From positions 1 through 44,537 of IMG/VR virus record IMGVR_UViG_3300043753_000013: 44,537 bases of DNA, one strand, 5' to 3'. The notes under the pieces are model-generated. The model ran no database searches and was not told the origin of the DNA. It saw only the letters and a list, made by a program, of their open reading frames with translations. The stretch is from a virus (lineage: Duplodnaviria > Caudoviricetes). Shown in pieces: positions 44,354 through 44,537 of the stretch (its first letter is position 1; each line of letters begins with the position of its first letter). The position numbers were made by a program, and so were the translations under genes.

Positions 44354-44537
44354 GCCTAGACCAAATCCTCTCCATCCCCATCGTGATTCAGCGGTCCGGC
44401 CCCGGGCCGGACCGCTACAACAATGTCGGTCTCGACTGGTCGAATCCAACTTCCGTCACGGTCTCTGGCTGGCTCGACACCAATCAGCGAAAAATGAAGG
44501 AAGACATCAGGGATCGGGACGAACTCGAATCTGACGG
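44350..44537 (+). CDS. Head-closure protein, 5' part (continues at window start)
   Basis: ATGA overlap with the adaptor stop; in frame with 84..284. Confidence 0.8.
   Translation, partial: MSLDQILSIPIVIQRSGPGPDRYNNVGLDWSNPTSVTVSGWLDTNQRKMKEDIRDRDELESD
44411..44537 (+). repeat. Terminal direct repeat, copy 2 (assembly overlap)
   Basis: Identical to 1-127. Confidence 0.95.

Larger units (their letters stand above)
1..44537. mobile_element. Complete temperate actinobacteriophage (siphovirus) genome, circularly permuted contig
   Basis: Full set of packaging, head, tail, lysis, integration, immunity and replication genes; the two contig ends overlap exactly. Confidence 0.97.

Noticed and set aside
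44411-44537. 127-bp terminal direct repeat as a biological DTR
   Set aside because: It lies inside a structural gene and its length equals a common assembler k-mer, so it indicates circular assembly only

Overview
A complete, circularly permuted genome (44,410 bp plus a 127-bp assembly overlap at the ends) of a temperate, GC-rich actinobacterial siphophage. Its architecture resembles Streptomyces R4-type and mycobacteriophage L5-type phages; the host is probably a Streptomyces relative (inference). The rightward virion arm runs 35.2-44.5 kb and continues into 1-11.6 kb: HNH, terminases, portal, scaffold, capsid, an inserted glycosyltransferase, head-tail and tail genes, tape measure and lysis genes. 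The leftward early/replication arm (14.2-34.6 kb) carries a C5 methylase, DnaE, ParB-like and clamp-like proteins, a Cas4-like exonuclease, helicase, EndoVII, split primase, phosphoesterase and a sigma-like factor. It is interrupted by a repressor/attP/large serine integrase module. The strongest signals are: (1) a type I-E CRISPR-repeat-like mini-array with its own candidate promoter and no cas genes, next to an Acb2/Tad1-like gene (possible RNA anti-CRISPR); (2) a copy of the 5' end of the host yyaL/DUF255 gene at attP, which would rebuild the target gene on integration; (3) a type II hammerhead ribozyme inside the early operon; (4) a terminator-bounded XRE(WhiJ-like)/DUF397(BldB-like)/HATPase(AbaA-like) cassette; (5) about ten polar 14-bp stoperator-like sites; (6) an unusual CAT-anticodon tRNA preceded by a long structured region. 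All family assignments are from motif recognition by eye, without database searches.
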